From NCBI GenBank assembly GCA_000146045.2, contig BK006938.2, forward strand, positions 1,312,001 through 1,376,000: 64,000 nt of DNA, read 5' to 3'. The position numbers and the translations under genes were made by a program. Of this stretch, positions 63,701-64,000 are shown in pieces (the stretch's first letter is position 1; each line of letters begins with the position of its first letter). The DNA is from TPA_inf: Saccharomyces. Taxonomy: Eukaryota. The notes under the pieces are model-generated. The model saw only the letters and a program-made list of their open reading frames with translations. It had not been told where the DNA came from and searched no databases.

Positions 63701-64000
63701 AATCAAGTACAGCGGACGGCACGGATGTGGACTATGAGGTTGATGATGCAGATGGACTAATTATCAATATTGACCAGCCCTCAGGAGATGATGAAGAAAT
63801 GGCAGACTATGATGCTAACATTAGCCATTCTTCTCACAGTGAAAATGAAGATGACGCTTCAATGGACGTCATAGAAGTTTACGACGACGAGCTAAGTTCT
63901 GGATATGATGTTGATTTAAGCGATTATGACGTAGATGAATCTGATTGGGACTCCGGGTTATCCAGCCTATCTATTTCTGATGAAGATAGTGAAAGTAGCG
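57790..64000 (+). CDS. TOM1: HECT-domain E3 ubiquitin ligase Tom1 (HUWE1 homologue), 5' portion only (about 2070 of 3268 codons); continues past the window end
   Basis: ATG at 57790 opens a frame that is still open at position 64000, checked in frame at 63421 where it reads EDHDEVEDEVDESDKEEIPD. N-terminus is MVLFTRCEKARKEKLAAGYKPLVDYLIDCDTPTFLERIEAIQEWDRSRDDLYVWIPILDRMDGLL. An acidic D/E stretch lies near the window end. Absent from the ORF track because there is no in-window stop. Confidence 0.85.
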   Translation, partial: MVLFTRCEKARKEKLAAGYKPLVDYLIDCDTPTFLERIEAIQEWDRSRDDLYVWIPILDRMDGLLLKVAEKYKYKQDPKKECEVKLVEMEAHDVDYCLKMLKFTRRLLLNTENRFVYSSGDVLMYLLNCPNFTIKLAVMRILAILGERFVIAREKIVAHNIFGDHNLRKKTLKLALSLSSSVMDEDGEHFSLVDLYFDKKKVPQKWRKLRFTHYTSNDFKKSSQQKNNINETQTSIKKVTMTTQELCEHSLQQIFDKGMALLPAESWFDFSIKASVAKAFSDDSGENIDLRNIIIETKLNAIAFVNTIFSPPQVSSKLFELDPYAFNSLTDLISLSETKIPKELRTDALFTLECISLKHVWCSDIIRNLGGNISHGLLFQILRYIAKTLREATDEIDEEYNVRFFYLISNLADVKPLHESLFAAGLIPTLLEIVSIRNCPYKRTLASATHLLETFIDNSETTTEFIENDGFTMLITSVANEIDFTLAHPETWQPPKYSVVYYSISFRELAYIRSLLKLVLKLLSTDSGDRIRNLIDSPILVSLKKILENKLVFGLTLITYTLDVVQKVINSEPTIYPVLVEAGLIPYVIDNFPKLIGPSAELLSLLPDVVSAICLNPEGLKQVKEKGLINNLFDFLLDADHARILTGGDRSTEYGTDIDELARHYPDLKANIVEALCNVIRKMPSTFRNEREFLFTSPKDQKYFFHRKNEEILTDKEEHEPAYWELLDKGTMLDTFTSVLFGMSLGNGSFSQVPQHLEARDFLAIIFMENPPYEYFTSVAISNVTEVLQYLDEKYEDYAFMDVMKVLNDQLENLNDFLNSPNDRSFFLERDGENSVRSCHSKLCRLAAILNIVTNVYIDLTTLSCKRIMQIYSYFDKRGFSLIKNLKLLFQKCALEEMYIRQHMPDSVITETMPLPIVDVSGDGPPLQIYIDDPKKGDQKGKITSVKTRNTLQMRTILYTLQSNTAILFRCFLRLSHSRNMDLEHKDLTTEVHIFENVVENVIEMLKATELEGHLPYILVLLNFNTFVFTIPKASPNSTEILQTIPAYIFYQKGGYLLYLHIIRDLFTRMTKIKDLSSLDNINYIDESNGILTLSCLINALTFYNKSMQTETMENVQSIGKYYVSIDDDYNIMKALTVPIKVMALAMILDLDKSDSLFKTQSRNVPYSVFKQLLSMLKNIFTNVNIYTKELYELHWDLIFPPIKKISLFEQVGIPGDVAANYLTDTGDDLPADNSIGLFSPEQWEKYKKLIGEDKSIYYPQPMQAQYYKGCSSKELDELRDTFFNDGLPSRIFTVLPFYPKLVNAFAKTLLQIFTKYDEPTEVFAGRILDRILETDLDDPATLSSLIHLFGIFLNEKYIYQKASHLMQRFIEYLEKSLKPEHVNTPWFSKALYVYEIILAKSELPHLEELSKDVLLRYPLLSMAKVFRIPDPMKQKLFDILIRVSDISNFYSALATSRILIFYSRDELYANNIARSGILSRLLKVIGSFQKLDKINFLESSFLLLTRRCFETTENVDALIRAEINRSFTARPLGGGDDAVRELTTILEEKAHVVMRSPSQFIDVLCETARFHEFDDQGALVDYSLKRFLGEKDKNTQASSTEKSDIYERTGIMHLLLSQLMAASEKDWLSEPANSSDLPENKKAQLDPSRNPVCAYMIFLLKLLVELVSSYNQCKFEFLTFSRRNTYAERPRPRTTAINFFLYRLLDKPVGTDHDKHEAKRREVIGMLARSVIIGFLATVQDDRTTKTDVKLADPHMNFIRKFAIEAIIKAIRNATSSSKLLESNHLKLDMWFRIITSMVYVQAPYLRQLLDSNKVEADQYQLCKLVIDLGLPSVITEAMASIDLNYPFSKKIFNVAVEALNTISSTRNNFSEHFKIEDHDEVEDEVDESDKEEIPDMFKNSALGMYDVEDIEEDDDDDTSLIGDDDAMAFVDSDNGFEVVFSDEDDDMGEEDADDARSDSEENELSSEMQSSTADGTDVDYEVDDADGLIINIDQPSGDDEEMADYDANISHSSHSENEDDASMDVIEVYDDELSSGYDVDLSDYDVDESDWDSGLSSLSISDEDSESS

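Noticed and set aside
63426-63722. 98-aa Ser-rich minus-strand ORF near window end
   Set aside because: Antisense of the TOM1 acidic D/E stretch (GAx repeats read as Ser codons on the other strand).

Overview
This window reads as a contiguous stretch of the Saccharomyces cerevisiae chromosome IV right arm, about YDR421W to YDR457W. I found no prokaryotic-type defence or mobile system and no CRISPR array. The dense spacing of known genes leaves little room for an undescribed gene system.

Gene identities come from my recollection of yeast protein N-termini and lengths, plus catalytic or DNA-binding motifs I can read directly in the translations. No database search was possible.

- **Protein-coding genes.** In order: ARO80, SIP1, CAD1/YAP2, DYN2 (three exons, two micro-exons), SNX41, RPN9, BNA7, TIF35, CYM1, NPL3, GPI17, PPM1, PPZ2, GPI19, THI74, LRS4, DOT1, APT2, SSN2/MED13, YDR444W lipase-like, ECM11, RPS17B (intron), ADA2, UTP6, RPS18A (intron), YHP1, PPN1, TSA2, GUK1, NHX1, and the 5' ~2070 codons of TOM1 running off the window.
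- **Start sites.** Several six-frame ORFs carry in-frame upstream ATG/TTG extensions. I trimmed SIP1, BNA7, TIF35, NPL3, PPM1, LRS4, DOT1, APT2 and TSA2 to the remembered native start.
- **Other features.** There is a tRNA-Lys(CUU) gene with a full Ty1/Ty2 delta solo LTR and a second truncated delta immediately 5' of it, a classic Pol III-targeted Ty hotspot. Tandem perfect and near-perfect Rap1 sites sit in the RPS17B promoter, and STRE/Yap-type elements lie upstream of TSA2. Simple repeats include a 45-nt poly(dT), a CAG/CAA tract in SSN2, RGG-coding repeats in NPL3 and a 12-mer x3 repeat.
- **Unexplained spots.** The oversized 1.77-kb LRS4-DOT1 intergenic region contains the GATAA-containing 12-mer triplet and a C11 tract. 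A GC-rich block with ORFs on both strands sits between PPM1 and PPZ2, next to a perfect GATAAG/CTTATC palindrome. The 45-nt dT homopolymer lies between convergent ADA2 and UTP6.
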